The notes under the pieces: generated by a model
Database searches by the model: none
What the model saw: the letters and a program-made list of their open reading frames with translations, nothing else
Told to the model about the DNA's origin: nothing
Program-made: the position numbers and the translations under genes
Part shown: piece after piece, positions 1 to 8,151 of the stretch
Position numbering within the stretch: position 1 is the first letter of the stretch
How the letters are laid out: every line of letters starts with the position of its first letter
Assembly (NCBI GenBank): GCA_963751455.1
Contig: CAVVUN010000015.1
Span: 334,080-366,079 of the forward strand
Length of the DNA stretch: 32,000 nucleotides
Reading direction: 5' to 3'
Origin: Nitrospirota bacterium
GTDB taxonomy: Bacteria; Nitrospirota; UBA9217

Positions 1-58
1 GAGCGTTTGGGAATGACGAACAAGTGTCATTGTAGTAATAATCCGTGCTAATAATATT

Positions 59-101
59 CCCCTCCCCATAGAAAGGGAAGGTTAGGTGGGGTTATTTTCG
101 A
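59..101 (+). repeat. Family-1 intergenic hairpin element (CCCCTCCCC / GGGAAGG stem-loop plus TTAGGTGGGG tail) ending 10 nt before the ATG at 102
   Basis: Read directly: cccctcccc(59-67) atagaaa gggaagg(75-81) ttaggtgggg(82-91) ttattttcga ATG(102). The same architecture recurs at 4305-4389 and 5598-5633. Confidence 0.6.
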
Positions 102-2060
102 ATGAAAAAAGGTCATAAAATCGCGTTGTTGGTCCTGGCCATTCTGTCATTAACTGTCTTAGGCAGGGACGTGTTTGCCGCCGCCCGCGTCGGCTATTAT
201 ACGATTACGCTTCCCGGCTTCACGGGTGTTACGATGGGGGATGCCTCGGTAACCCTTCCGGTGACCATCAATAACCTCGCGACCTCGACGGCCACGGTCG
301 GCTATATCCGCATTGATTTTAACTCGGCAATTTACTACGTCAGCCAGGAGAATGCGGCGCCCCCGAATTGGACCGTTGTAGAGATCAAGAATGCAGGCGC
401 AGGCCAAACTTATATCAAATACAAGACCGCTACCAATCCCATACCGATCGGAGGCAGTCAGGTGTTCAACGTCATTCTGACCGGAACCGGCAACGGCAAT
501 ATACCGGCTGCTGTTGCCGATCAGACTGATGCCATTGACGATGACAACAATTCGACCGACCTGCTGGTGAGCGATACCAATTCAAACTACTTCGACAGGA
601 ATGCTACAGGGAATGCGGATTCATGGACGCGCAAATCTCTGTATGCGACCATGTCGGCGTCTCCCGGTGCTGTCGGGACCGGAGACTCAGTCTCGGTCAT
701 GATGACGGTAACAAACCGGTCGAGCGCAGCGCAAACGAATGTGCAGCCGTCGGCCATGAATTTCAACACCACCGAAACAGGGGGAGCCACGCTTACGGCG
801 GGACCGACGCCCGCAGTTGTCGCTTCTTTGGCTGCCGGAGCTGCCGCAACGTTTCAGTGGACCTACACGGCAACGGGAAGCGGCAGTATTCAGTTCTGTA
901 ATTCGGCGCGAAACGGCACGAACAGCTCTACGTCAAAAAACGTTTGTTCGTATGATGTTGCAATTGGAGATTTTACCGCAACGCTATCAATCTCCCCTCC
1001 GCAGATCGTTTCGGGGCAAGAGGTGACGGTCACGATGACAGCATCGAACAAGGGGACATCCGCCCGCAATAACGTTGCGCCTTCCGCTCTCACGTTTGAA
1101 GTCCTGGGCGGAAATGCCGCAAGTGTCTGTTCCGGCCCTACTCCGGCGAACGTAGGCAGTCTCGCTTCCGGCTCTTCAGCTATGTTCCAATGGACTTGCA
1201 CCGTCACTTCCACGCAGATCGGAAGTTCATTCCGGTACAATGCCTTTGCCACGAGCAATTCGGGTAATTCATTGCCTTCCCCGGCCTATTCGAATATCGG
1301 CGTCATATCAGCTTATTCGGTCACAGTAACTCCGGCTACTGTCCCATCGGGCAGCGGAGCGACGTTTGCGTTTAGAATAACCAATAACGGCGGATATCCT
1401 CTTTTTAAAGTCAGAATCGACACGCCTGCCGTCGGTTTCAGTTACTCGTCGGCCTCTGGAGGATGCACCGGTAATTGGACTCCAGTGACTGTCGGCACGC
1501 CGGTACAAATTACGTTCTCGACGACGGACGTAAGTACCTGCACCTGCGCTGCTGCCCTAAATTGCATCCCATGCGCCGGCGGCGAATGCAATTTTTACGT
1601 AACGTATTCGGCTGTTCCGGCGGTAGCGGTCAATACGGACTATGTCTTCACCGTAAAAGTCTGGGACACGCAATTAACCCAGCCGAATGCCGAACCGCGC
1701 GCCTCGCTGAATGCAAATGTTACAGTTACTTCTCACGCCGTGACTCTTGAGGCGATCCCTGAGACCGCTGCTCCCGGCTGCACAGCGCTGCTGATCGCGA
1801 CGATAACTCCTGCTGTAGCAAGCGGCGGCGTGGTGGATTTCTTCGCAACCGCAGGCTCTTTGTTGAATGTCAGTCCCACGACGTCGAGCAGCGATGCATC
1901 TGCAGATATCCGGGCTCCGATACCATCCGATCCTGCAATAACGGGTGCGAACGTTTGGGCAGTGTATCAAGGAGCTTTATCGAACGTAGTGCCCATTACT
2001 TTTCCCACCAATGCTCCATCATGCCCGAAGCGAGTGAGATGGAAGGAACAGATACAGTAA
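102..2060 (+). CDS. Secreted multi-domain surface/adhesin-like protein (CARDB/Ig-like repeats)
   Basis: 652-aa ORF with an N-terminal signal peptide (MKKGHKIALLVLAILSLTVLGRDVFAAA). Two tandem ~90-aa repeats (aa ~181-268 and ~292-383) share S-x-SP...G..V.V.MT..N...N.V.PSA...GPTPA.V.SLA.G..A.FQWT. Two related RID-motif beta domains (aa ~31-135 and ~404-525) and a C-terminal Ig-like segment. Cys-rich patch STCTCAAALNCIPCAGGECNF. Function inferred from composition only. Confidence 0.7.
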   Translation: MKKGHKIALLVLAILSLTVLGRDVFAAARVGYYTITLPGFTGVTMGDASVTLPVTINNLATSTATVGYIRIDFNSAIYYVSQENAAPPNWTVVEIKNAGAGQTYIKYKTATNPIPIGGSQVFNVILTGTGNGNIPAAVADQTDAIDDDNNSTDLLVSDTNSNYFDRNATGNADSWTRKSLYATMSASPGAVGTGDSVSVMMTVTNRSSAAQTNVQPSAMNFNTTETGGATLTAGPTPAVVASLAAGAAATFQWTYTATGSGSIQFCNSARNGTNSSTSKNVCSYDVAIGDFTATLSISPPQIVSGQEVTVTMTASNKGTSARNNVAPSALTFEVLGGNAASVCSGPTPANVGSLASGSSAMFQWTCTVTSTQIGSSFRYNAFATSNSGNSLPSPAYSNIGVISAYSVTVTPATVPSGSGATFAFRITNNGGYPLFKVRIDTPAVGFSYSSASGGCTGNWTPVTVGTPVQITFSTTDVSTCTCAAALNCIPCAGGECNFYVTYSAVPAVAVNTDYVFTVKVWDTQLTQPNAEPRASLNANVTVTSHAVTLEAIPETAAPGCTALLIATITPAVASGGVVDFFATAGSLLNVSPTTSSSDASADIRAPIPSDPAITGANVWAVYQGALSNVVPITFPTNAPSCPKRVRWKEQIQ

Positions 2061-2127
2061 AGTCGGATATTAGAAGAGGGTGAAAACATAAGACGGGAAT
2101 AGAGATGGCTATTTATTGAACCGGAGA

Positions 2128-2268
2128 CTATTTAAAATAAAGCTTGAGCATGGCGAAGATAATGCCGGTGAGGACGCCGATCTGTCCAAGCCAGAATAAA
2201 AACATCCACTTAATGAGCTCTGACTTTATATTTGCAAGGTCTGCCTTTGCAGCAAGGATGTCCTTCAT
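2128..2268 (-). CDS. Possible 46-aa tail-anchored membrane protein (below the ORF-track cutoff)
   Basis: Manual translation gives MKDILAAKADLANIKSELIKWMFLFWLGQIGVLTGIIFAMLKLYFK: an amphipathic N-part plus one TM helix. Weak AGGA SD. It resembles the C-terminal part of DUF1640-type small membrane proteins as I recall them; unverified. Confidence 0.3.
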   Translation of the reverse strand: MKDILAAKADLANIKSELIKWMFLFWLGQIGVLTGIIFAMLKLYFK

Positions 2269-2290
2269 TTTATCCTGAAAATTACCCCAC

Positions 2291-2506
2291 CTAGTGTAGT
2301 GTCTCTTAAATGGACGGTGTTATATGATGATTTCTCATCGAAAACTTATCTTCGCGTAAATATTTGCTGATGAATTTGTAGGGCGACCCTTTAGGGTTGC
2401 TGCTGTTCCGGCGCTTTCAGCAAGGCTAAAGCCTTGCCCTACAAGTTTGGCTGCGGCCTATTGCCGCGCTATGATAACACCAGTCGTTTGTGAGACACTA
2501 CACTAG
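2291..2506. mobile_element. MITE-like 216-bp element with perfect 15-bp terminal inverted repeats
   Basis: CTAGTGTAGTGTCTC (2291-2305) is the exact reverse complement of GAGACACTACACTAG (2492-2506). Subterminal GGTGTTAT (2316-2323) pairs with ATAACACC (2474-2481). No ORF inside. A family-2 repeat is nested at 2376-2454. Confidence 0.55.
2376..2454 (-). repeat. Family-2 REP-like element (TGTAGGGC...GCCCTACA), copy a, inverted relative to copy c
   Basis: ttgtagggcgaccctttagggttgc ... gcaaggctaaagccttgccctacaa. Outer stem TGTAGGG/CCCTACA plus two inner hairpins (GCGACCC-TTTA-GGGTTGC, GCAAGGC-TAAA-GCCTTGC). Confidence 0.65.
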
Positions 2507-2600
2507 CTCCCCCTTTATAAGGGGAGGGATTGTCGTTAGTCCACTCGATTATTAAGCCCCCTCCCTCCAGGGGCCTCCAGGGGAGAGGGGCAGGGGTGAG
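2507..2600. repeat. G/C-rich CTCCCC/GGGGAG hairpin cluster (family-1-related)
   Basis: ctccccc tttataa ggggagg (2507-2527), then ccccctccctccaggggcctccaggggagaggggcaggggtgaggg (2555-2600). Same CCTCCCC/GGGGAGG motif as the family-1 copies. Confidence 0.45.
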
Positions 2601-2825
2601 GGCCGTAGTGATTGAGGGGTGGTGTGGTGGTTTTGCGAGTCGAAGTTCATGGAAATTTCATATCTTCTACGCTCACAGAATCTCTCCCTATTTTTCTTTA
2701 CGGTAAATTTATCATAAAATCGGTGTCCTATAAAATATTTTTGTGGCGATATCAGTGCAGCACTCATACAGGTCCTAAAATTGGGTCATCATCTAATATA
2801 AATTGCAAAACCAAGTTTATTTTGC

Positions 2826-2854
2826 TTGACAGAATTGAACTCATACTTTATTAT
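2826..2854 (+). promoter_or_regulatory. Candidate sigma70 promoter for the MerR-like/pil operon
   Basis: TTGACA (2826-2831), 17-nt spacer, TATTAT (2849-2854), in an AT-rich stretch ~65 nt upstream of the ATG at 2920. Confidence 0.45.
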
Positions 2855-2919
2855 TATAACACTGTAGAAAAATAAACCTAAACTTAGTTTTAAATTCATC
2901 CGGTAAGGGGAGAAGCGGC

Positions 2920-3165
2920 ATGAAGACGTCAGAAATCATCAGTAAGCTTGATATACCGCGGCATAAGCTCTACTACCTTGAGCAAAAGGGCTATGTGCGC
3001 CCCAAGCGAATACCTATGGGTGACCTTGAAGCAAGAGAATTCAGCAAGCAGGATTTCGAACGTATCAGAGTTATCTGGAAATACCTGCGGCAGGGATTTA
3101 AGCACAAGACCGCCTTCCAGATGGCTACAGAGGAAATGAAGGCGGGAAGAGACGGAACGGATTGA
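2920..3165 (+). CDS. Small MerR-family helix-turn-helix protein
   Basis: 81 aa with an AGGGGAG SD. The N-terminal MKTSEIISKLDIPRHKLYYLEQKGYVRPKR matches the MerR-type HTH pattern (T..e.a..l.i....lryYE..Gl..P.R). Confidence 0.65.
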   Translation: MKTSEIISKLDIPRHKLYYLEQKGYVRPKRIPMGDLEAREFSKQDFERIRVIWKYLRQGFKHKTAFQMATEEMKAGRDGTD

Positions 3166-3237
3166 GGGATTTGGAGCAAGCCGACCGTGTCGGCGTAAAT
3201 TACGGCAACATGGTTGCCTCGGTCCACATGGTGAATC

Positions 3238-4263
3238 ATGGGATTTTTCGGATCTAACGACATAACTGCCGTCGATATCGGCGCCGGATCGATAAAGGTA
3301 GCAAGGGTTGCAAATGCAAACGGGCGGCGCCCGAAGCTGTTGTCCGCCGCGCTGTTTGAATTGCCGATCGAAGCCATGACGAACGGCGGCAACGGCGAAT
3401 ACATTGCTGAGCTTTTTAGAAATAACAAAATAAAAGGCAAAAATATCGTGACCATGGTGCCGGGCAGACACCTGACGATCAGAAATTTCAATCTGCCGAA
3501 AATGCCGCAATCCGACCTCCGCGAGGCGGTTCGGTGGGAATCGAAACGGCATATTTCATATCCTCTGGACTCGGCTGTTATAGAATATCTCATCGTGGGA
3601 GAGAATTCGGGAGCATCGGATAAATACGATATCCTCATGGTTGCCGCTCCCCGGGCCGGCGTTCTCGAGCACCTCAAGCCGTTTAATGACGCGGGAGCAG
3701 CGGTCATTGCAGTGGACGCGAATCCGCTCGCGCTGCGTAATGTTCTCCGACTTGCCGGGAGCAGGAACGGAGAAAATGTTCTGATGGTTGATATGGGGGC
3801 GGGAAAAACCGAGATCAATATTTTCAAGAACGGACATCTTCGTTTCAGCCGCTGTCTTGAAACGGGCGGAATCGACATAACGCGCGCAATCTCAGAACTT
3901 CTTGGGATCGGTCTTCAGGAAGCGGAAGAAATGAAGTGTAAAACAGGCTTGACGCAAACGTCGAATAAAGAAATTGGTACTTTGATCGGGAACAGGGTCG
4001 ACAGCCTCTGGCTTGAAATAGAGCGATCGCTTACTTACTACAAAAGCGCATTCCGGGAATCACAGGTCGACCGGGCTATATTGACAGGCGGCGGATCCCT
4101 GATGAAAGGGCTCGTTGACTATCTTTCCGGTCTCTATAAGGGCGTCATGGAACAGGACTCGCCGTTTTCTTTCTTGTCCTCCGGAAAGGACATAAGAACA
4201 GAATTTGAGGCTGTTGCGCCAAGGTTTTCGGCGGCGGTCGGGCTGGCGCTGCGAAGGGTATGA
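3238..4263 (+). CDS. pilM: Type IV pilus assembly protein PilM (actin-like ATPase fold)
   Basis: 341 aa. N-terminal VDIGAGSIKVA phosphate-binding loop. ILTGGGSLMKGLVDYL near the C-terminus. Sits immediately upstream of PilN/PilO-type genes. Confidence 0.85.
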   Translation: MGFFGSNDITAVDIGAGSIKVARVANANGRRPKLLSAALFELPIEAMTNGGNGEYIAELFRNNKIKGKNIVTMVPGRHLTIRNFNLPKMPQSDLREAVRWESKRHISYPLDSAVIEYLIVGENSGASDKYDILMVAAPRAGVLEHLKPFNDAGAAVIAVDANPLALRNVLRLAGSRNGENVLMVDMGAGKTEINIFKNGHLRFSRCLETGGIDITRAISELLGIGLQEAEEMKCKTGLTQTSNKEIGTLIGNRVDSLWLEIERSLTYYKSAFRESQVDRAILTGGGSLMKGLVDYLSGLYKGVMEQDSPFSFLSSGKDIRTEFEAVAPRFSAAVGLALRRV

Positions 4264-4304
4264 TATGACGTCCATGAACTGCGTTCACAAAGCGTATGAA
4301 AACA

Positions 4305-4389
4305 ACCTCCCCCAGCCCCTCCTTGGCAAGGAGGGGAGCTATTTAGTCCCTCCCCTTGGCAAGGGGAGGTCAGGTGGGGTGATTTACAG
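4305..4389 (+). repeat. Family-1 hairpin element, double copy, ending 10 nt before the pilN ATG
   Basis: cccctcc ttggcaa ggagggg (4316-4336); cctcccc ttggcaa ggggagg (4349-4369); tcaggtgggg (4370-4379); tgatttacag; ATG (4390). Confidence 0.65.
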
Positions 4390-4959
4390 ATGAAAATCGT
4401 GAAGGACCAGATCAACCTGTTGCCGATCGAGGAGAAGAGAGATAGCCCCTTCCTTAAAAACGGTTATCTTCTTGGAATCGTGGTTCTCCTCGGCTGGATC
4501 GCGGCTTTCGGTGTTCAATTCAAGCGTGAGTGGGACGTGAAGCAAGAACTGGTTTCACTCACTGAGCAGAAACAGAAGCTCTTTCCGGAACTGAGCAGGC
4601 TTGAGAAAGAGTTCGGCCCCGCGTCAGATCTCGCAAAGAAGCGCCAGAAGGAGGCCCTTGTCGAAGATTTTCTCACGGAAAGGGTCCTCTGGTCCGAGGT
4701 TTTTAAACAATTTTCCCGGCTCGTTCCGAAAGGGCTATGGTTCGATAACCTTGAGGGAAGTTCTTCGGGGAAGACTGAAATAAAAATCAAGGGCGGCGCT
4801 TTGAATTATTCAGCGCTGTCCCAATTCATGCTCTCCCTGGAGGCGTCAGGATATTTTATAAATCCCCAACTCCGGTTTGCCCAGAAAGTGACTGTGAAGG
4901 GACGCGATCTCGTCAATTATGAGATACTGTGCGAAACGAAAAGAAAGGCCGTAAAATGA
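4390..4959 (+). CDS. pilN: Type IV pilus assembly protein PilN
   Basis: 189 aa. N-terminal INLLP motif (PilM-binding peptide), single TM helix (GYLLGIVVLLGWIAAFGV), coiled coil. Position between pilM and pilO. Confidence 0.8.
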   Translation: MKIVKDQINLLPIEEKRDSPFLKNGYLLGIVVLLGWIAAFGVQFKREWDVKQELVSLTEQKQKLFPELSRLEKEFGPASDLAKKRQKEALVEDFLTERVLWSEVFKQFSRLVPKGLWFDNLEGSSSGKTEIKIKGGALNYSALSQFMLSLEASGYFINPQLRFAQKVTVKGRDLVNYEILCETKRKAVK

Positions 4960-5546
4960 TGACCGTACAGGTGTCGGCATTATTGAATTACTGGTCGATC
5001 CTGCTGAGTTACTGGCGGAAACGTTCGCCCCGGGAACACGCTATGATGTCCGCCACAGGCCTTGCCGTGTTGACCATGCTTATCTATCAGTTCCCTTATT
5101 CGCTCCAGGTGAGATCGGTTGCGGCGCTGGAAGCAGAAGCAGGGAAGGCGCAGGAAGAGAAATTACGCGCCGAGAAGGACATCGCGGACCTTAAAGCGCT
5201 GGCTGCAGAGATCAGATCCCGCGGATTATCGCCCGGCCCCGGATGGCAGCTCGCCAATCCGAAGGGCGTTTTTCTGCTTTTTCAGGATGTGTCAGGGGAA
5301 GCCAAGCGCGTCGGTGTAAATGTCGTATCAGTTAATCCGGCGCGCGAAATAGATAAAGATAAGTATAAAGAACTGTCCATGAACCTTGATCTGAAGGGCC
5401 GTTACCGCGAATTGGCGGCTTATTTTAAGAGCATCGAGGAGCTTCCTACCATTGTGAATATTCGGAAAATCCGGGTGGAGGCGTGTCCGGATTCGGCTTC
5501 GGTTTGCGCCGCACAGATGGAGGCAGTGATGTATGTGGAGAAGTGA
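4956..5546 (+). CDS. pilO: Type IV pilus assembly protein PilO
   Basis: The ATG at 4956 overlaps the pilN stop (AATGATGA), suggesting translational coupling. One TM helix, coiled coil (EAEAGKAQEEKLRAEKDIADLKAL), C-terminal ferredoxin-like part. The ORF-track start at 4929 is less likely. Confidence 0.7.
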   Translation: MMTVQVSALLNYWSILLSYWRKRSPREHAMMSATGLAVLTMLIYQFPYSLQVRSVAALEAEAGKAQEEKLRAEKDIADLKALAAEIRSRGLSPGPGWQLANPKGVFLLFQDVSGEAKRVGVNVVSVNPAREIDKDKYKELSMNLDLKGRYRELAAYFKSIEELPTIVNIRKIRVEACPDSASVCAAQMEAVMYVEK

Positions 5547-5597
5547 GGGAGCAGAGTGCGGATTTCGGGGTGAACTGCCGCAGATCCTGCTGAGTTT

Positions 5598-5633
5598 CCT
5601 CCCCTTCAACGGGAGGATTAAGCTGGGGATGGG
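5598..5633 (+). repeat. Family-1 hairpin element, degenerate copy
   Basis: cctcccc ttcaac gggagg attaagctgggga. The following tttcttttcgaATT mirrors ttattttcgaATG of the copy at 59-104, but the ATG is replaced by ATT. Confidence 0.5.
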
Positions 5634-5772
5634 TTTCTTTTCGAATTGGTGAGAAACCCATTGTCACGCCGTCCTTGATTCCCTTCTCGCGATTCACGAG
5701 AAGGTAGAACAAGGGTCGAAGATTTACCCTCTCCTGAAGGAGAGGAGTTTGGTTGCGGCCGGAGGCCGCCTT

Positions 5773-6177
5773 ATGTTTAAACGACTGACAATCATAGCCG
5801 TCATAGTTCTAAATGCGGCAGCGGCAATGGCCGAGATCGACATGAAGCAGGACCCTTTTTTCCCGTCAGAAAATGAGAAGGCGTCAGAAGCGGCCGTTTC
5901 GGAAGCATGGGGCAGGGACCCCTTCTCCAATCCTTATACGAACGGTACGCCGGAGTCGGGCGACAAGAGCTCCCGTTATCAGGGCCAGCAACTATTGACG
6001 GGAATCATCTATAACGGCGATGCCAGTATCGCGATCGTAGGCGGGGAAACGGTCAGGGCGGGCGACAAGGTCGGTGATCGTAAAATCATCTGGATAAGAA
6101 GGAACAGTGTGGTTCTCGTTAACCAGTCAGGCGGGCAGGAGGAGCTTTTTCTCGAAAATTATTCTTCGAGAAAATGA
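5773..6177 (+). CDS. PilP-like periplasmic pilus assembly protein
   Basis: GGAGG SD 7 nt before the ATG at 5773. Signal peptide MFKRLTIIAVIVLNAAAAMA, DPF motifs, and a C-terminal beta domain (LTGIIYNGDASIAIVGGETVRAGDKVGDRKIIWIRRNSVVLV) typical of PilP/GspC-type HR domains. Position between pilO and the secretin. Confidence 0.5.
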   Translation: MFKRLTIIAVIVLNAAAAMAEIDMKQDPFFPSENEKASEAAVSEAWGRDPFSNPYTNGTPESGDKSSRYQGQQLLTGIIYNGDASIAIVGGETVRAGDKVGDRKIIWIRRNSVVLVNQSGGQEELFLENYSSRK

Positions 6178-6276
6178 CATCAGGCGCTTCATCGGACGCA
6201 AATAACAATCTACGCGTCGGCCCGAGACTTCGCCCGGACAGACACGGCGTCTTCAGGGCAGTTGAAACAAATGTAT

Positions 6277-6372
6277 TTGTAGGGCAAGGCTTCAGCCTTG
6301 CTGATTATGCGAAAGGCAGCAACTCCCCGCTTAATGCCTGCGGGGACAGGCTCTGAAGGGTTGCCCTACAAA
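6277..6372 (+). repeat. Family-2 REP-like element, copy b
   Basis: ttgtagggcaaggcttcagccttgc ... ccccgc ttaatgcct gcgggg ... gggttgccctacaaa. Lies between the PilP-like gene and pilQ. Confidence 0.65.
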
Positions 6373-6478
6373 TATCGATAAAAATTGTCGCGGTTATAGG
6401 CGTAAGCGCCTTGTCGGCATTGCAGGCAGGACCCAGTTACATGAACAAGATTTCCCGCGGTCAGGGAGGTAATTGCAT

Positions 6479-7888
6479 ATGGCTTCATACTCGTTTGGTG
6501 CAAGATGGATACGCCCTCTTTTATTGATACAGTGCATCGTAAGCCTGTTTTCAGGGATTGCGTTCGCCGAGACTGTTGACGTAAAAAAGAAGGACTCCAA
6601 CTTCTCCCTGGAGTTCAGGGACGCCGAGATCAGGGACGTGCTTCGCGCGGTAGGGCAGGCGGCAGGTCTCAATATGGTCGTGGGTGACACCGTCGCAGGA
6701 AAGGTATCACTCAGCGTAAAGGATGTTGAACTCCTGGAAGCGCTCGACGCGATTCTCAAAACAAAGGGCCTCAGCTACGTCCGCAACGGGAATATCATGC
6801 GCGTGCTTATGATATCCGAGGTCCGTGACGAGGACATGGAGACCCGGGTTTTCCCCCTTGGTTATGCGACCGGCAAGGATGCTCTCACCGTTGTGGAAAA
6901 GGTCAAAAGTGATAAAGCAAAGGTTTCGGTGGACTTACGGATGAACGCAATCATGGTGAAGGATTTGTCGCTCAACCTCGATAAAATGGCGCATCTGATC
7001 AGGAATATCGATGCGCGTACCCCTCAGGTCCTGATAGAAGCAAAGATCGTGGAGGTCTCGAGTAATTACGCCCGGGAACTTGGTATCCAGTGGGGGGGCC
7101 AGTACACCGGAACAAACGGCAGAATATTCGGAGGCACCACGGCGATTGCCAATACAAGCGGCGGAACGTCCGCTCCGCTGGTCGGCGGCAATACCTTCTA
7201 TCCGTTGTCCGGGGATATCGGTGTGAGCGGCAATGCATATGTCGTGAACCTGCCTGCCGAAGTAGGCCTTGGTTCGGGCGGGGCGCTCGGCATGACCTTC
7301 GCAAAGTTAGGGAGCAGGCTGACGCTCGACCTCCAATTGTCCGCAATGCAGGCGACCGGCAACGGTAAAATTCTGTCCAACCCGAAGGTGCTGACGGTAA
7401 ATAACAAAGAGGCGAAAATATCGAGCGGCACCGATATCCCGGTAAGAACAATAAGCGCCACCGCCAACGTTGGAGCAGGCAGCACGAACACGGCAGGGGT
7501 GACAACGATATCGGCCAGCCTTTCTCTCTCGACTACCCCGATCATTACCAATGACAACCGCATCGCCCTGCTGGTGAAGGTCGAAAAATCGGAGCCCGAC
7601 TTCACCCATCAGGTAGACGGCATTCCGACAATCGTAAGACGGTCCGCGAATTCGGAGTTGATCGTAAACAACGGCGAGACGGTCGCGCTTGGAGGCATCT
7701 ATACCAAGAACGAGGGCACCGCGGAAACAGGGATCCCCCTTCTTTCAAAAATACCGCTCATAGGTTGGCTTTTCAAGAAAACAACCAGGTTCGAAAACCA
7801 GTCTGAGCTTATGATATTCATTACTCCGACGATACTCGAGGAGAAATTGCCGGGCACGGCGGAGAACGGCGGCGAGAAACCGTTTTAA
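6479..7888 (+). CDS. pilQ: Secretin PilQ/GspD family, short form without AMIN domains
   Basis: GGGAGG SD 9 nt before the ATG at 6479 (the track start at 6473 is a TTG). Signal peptide ending IAFAETV. N0-like domain (FSLEFRDAEIRDVLRAVGQAAGLNMVV). Secretin C-domain with the terminal SELMIFITPTIL motif. Confidence 0.85.
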   Translation: MASYSFGARWIRPLLLIQCIVSLFSGIAFAETVDVKKKDSNFSLEFRDAEIRDVLRAVGQAAGLNMVVGDTVAGKVSLSVKDVELLEALDAILKTKGLSYVRNGNIMRVLMISEVRDEDMETRVFPLGYATGKDALTVVEKVKSDKAKVSVDLRMNAIMVKDLSLNLDKMAHLIRNIDARTPQVLIEAKIVEVSSNYARELGIQWGGQYTGTNGRIFGGTTAIANTSGGTSAPLVGGNTFYPLSGDIGVSGNAYVVNLPAEVGLGSGGALGMTFAKLGSRLTLDLQLSAMQATGNGKILSNPKVLTVNNKEAKISSGTDIPVRTISATANVGAGSTNTAGVTTISASLSLSTTPIITNDNRIALLVKVEKSEPDFTHQVDGIPTIVRRSANSELIVNNGETVALGGIYTKNEGTAETGIPLLSKIPLIGWLFKKTTRFENQSELMIFITPTILEEKLPGTAENGGEKPF

Positions 7889-8003
7889 ATGCTACTCAGG
7901 TAAGCTACTTCGGTTCGAAAAGGCAAGGCGATCTCACGCAAAGCCGCGAAGCGCGCAAAGGGAATCAAAAGCCTCAGGGATAGTGACTAATCAGGGAGCC
8001 AAC

Positions 8004-8086
8004 CTGTAGGGCAAGGCTTCAGCCTTGCATTCGGACGGTCTGCGTAATTCCACGTCCGGAAGCAACCCTAAAGGTTGCCCTACAAA
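8004..8086 (+). repeat. Family-2 REP-like element, copy c
   Basis: ctgtagggcaaggcttcagccttgc ... gcaaccctaaaggttgccctacaaa. Inner hairpins GCAAGGC-TTCA-GCCTTGC and GCAACC-CTAAA-GGTTGC. Lies between pilQ and pilB. Confidence 0.7.
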
Positions 8087-8151
8087 GGCAGTGCGAACGC
8101 GCGAGTGCAGGGCGCGGCTTTGCGCGAAAATGATTTTGTTCAGGAGTTTTC

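Noticed and set aside
2150-2165. TGGCGA-agata-ATGCC sigma54-like match
   Set aside because: It lies inside the small minus-strand ORF and ~750 bp from the next plus-strand gene. The -12 element is poor.
2991-3878. 295-aa minus-strand ORF, and the overlapping 207-aa ORF at 2929-3552
   Set aside because: They are antisense to the well-supported MerR-like and pilM genes. They have Arg/Ser/Pro-rich composition typical of antisense frames in GC-rich coding DNA, with no SD and no recognisable motifs.
4134-4415. ORFs of 93 aa (minus) and 62 aa (plus) spanning the pilM-pilN spacer; also 5446-5712 and 6174-6356
   Set aside because: They are composed largely of translated family-1 or family-2 repeat sequence (PPLGKGRSGG-type peptides). 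This is a typical repeat artefact.
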